DNA of 64,000 bases from Glaucostegus cemiculus. Taxonomy: Eukaryota. Below are positions 63,545 through 64,000 of this stretch, one piece after another (within the stretch, counting starts at the first letter, position 1; each line of letters begins with the position of its first letter). A model generated the notes under the pieces. That model saw only the letters and a list, made by a program, of their open reading frames with translations. It ran no database searches and was not told where the DNA came from. Both the position numbers and the translations under genes were made by a program. The DNA lies in contig CDPCPM010000180.1 in assembly GCA_976551045.1 (NCBI GenBank), forward strand, positions 31,000,001 to 31,064,000. Direction: 5' to 3'.

Positions 63545-64000
63545 AGAAGCTGCAGAGAGTAGTGAATTTAGCCCAATACAAGATGAGCACATTCTTCCCC
63601 ACCTTTGGAAGTATCTACATGAGGTGCTGCCTCAAGAAGGCAACATCTATCATCAAAGATCCCCACCATCTGAGCCATGCCATCTTCTCACAGCTACCAT
63701 CGGGCATGAGATACAGAAGTCTGAAGTCCCACACCACCGGGTTCAAGAACAGCTACTTCCCTCCAACCACTGGGTTCTTGAACCAACACTGCATAACCCT
63801 AAACACTGCCCCACTATAGCAACACTATGATCACTTTGACCATTTTGCACTACAATGGACTTTGTTTTCTTTTGTTCTAATTCTGTTCTTCCTTGTATAA
63901 TTTTGCAGAATTTATGTTTTTCTTGTGAATTTTGTGTCTCTGATGCTATGTGCCTGTGAAGTAAGTTTTTCCTTGCACCTGTGCATACATGTACTTGTCC
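63545..64000 (+). mobile_element. Rex1/Babar 3' fragment (runs off the window)
   Basis: ORF 63562-63819 RCCLKKATSIIKDPHH..FSQLPSGMRYRSLKSHTTGFKNSYFP plus the 3' UTR. Confidence 0.9.

Overview
This is a repeat-rich vertebrate genomic window of moderate-to-low GC. The repeat families point to a cartilaginous fish (shark or ray), which is an inference. They include CR1 with elasmobranch-type 3' tails, Rex1/Babar, L2, RTE, L1/Tx1, Penelope-like elements, HE1/V-type and Deu-domain SINEs, and PIF/Harbinger relics. Most ORFs in the track are transposon fragments or chance ORFs. The best host-gene signal is not in the ORF track: two phase-compatible minus-strand exons at 60639-60703 and 60227-60304. 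They encode a C-terminus, ...KAIHRVFAFVGLKATREHTQI|VHDILLFNICRELSPVPLPLCAEDM*, that I cannot name, and weaker candidate exons lie upstream. Other notable items are a near-full-length decayed CR1 (ORF1 zinc finger plus SGNH esterase, ORF2 APE-RT) carrying a template-switch micro-inversion, and two young inverted Rex1/Babar copies. There are also decayed Harbinger transposase and Myb/SANT relics, candidate non-coding or micro-ORF exons at 22.4-23.9 kb and about 10 kb, a ~85-nt hairpin flanked by two minisatellites at ~44 kb, and a 186-N assembly gap. I found no prokaryotic-type system (CRISPR, operon) and no clearly novel system. Repeat boundaries are approximate and set by eye.
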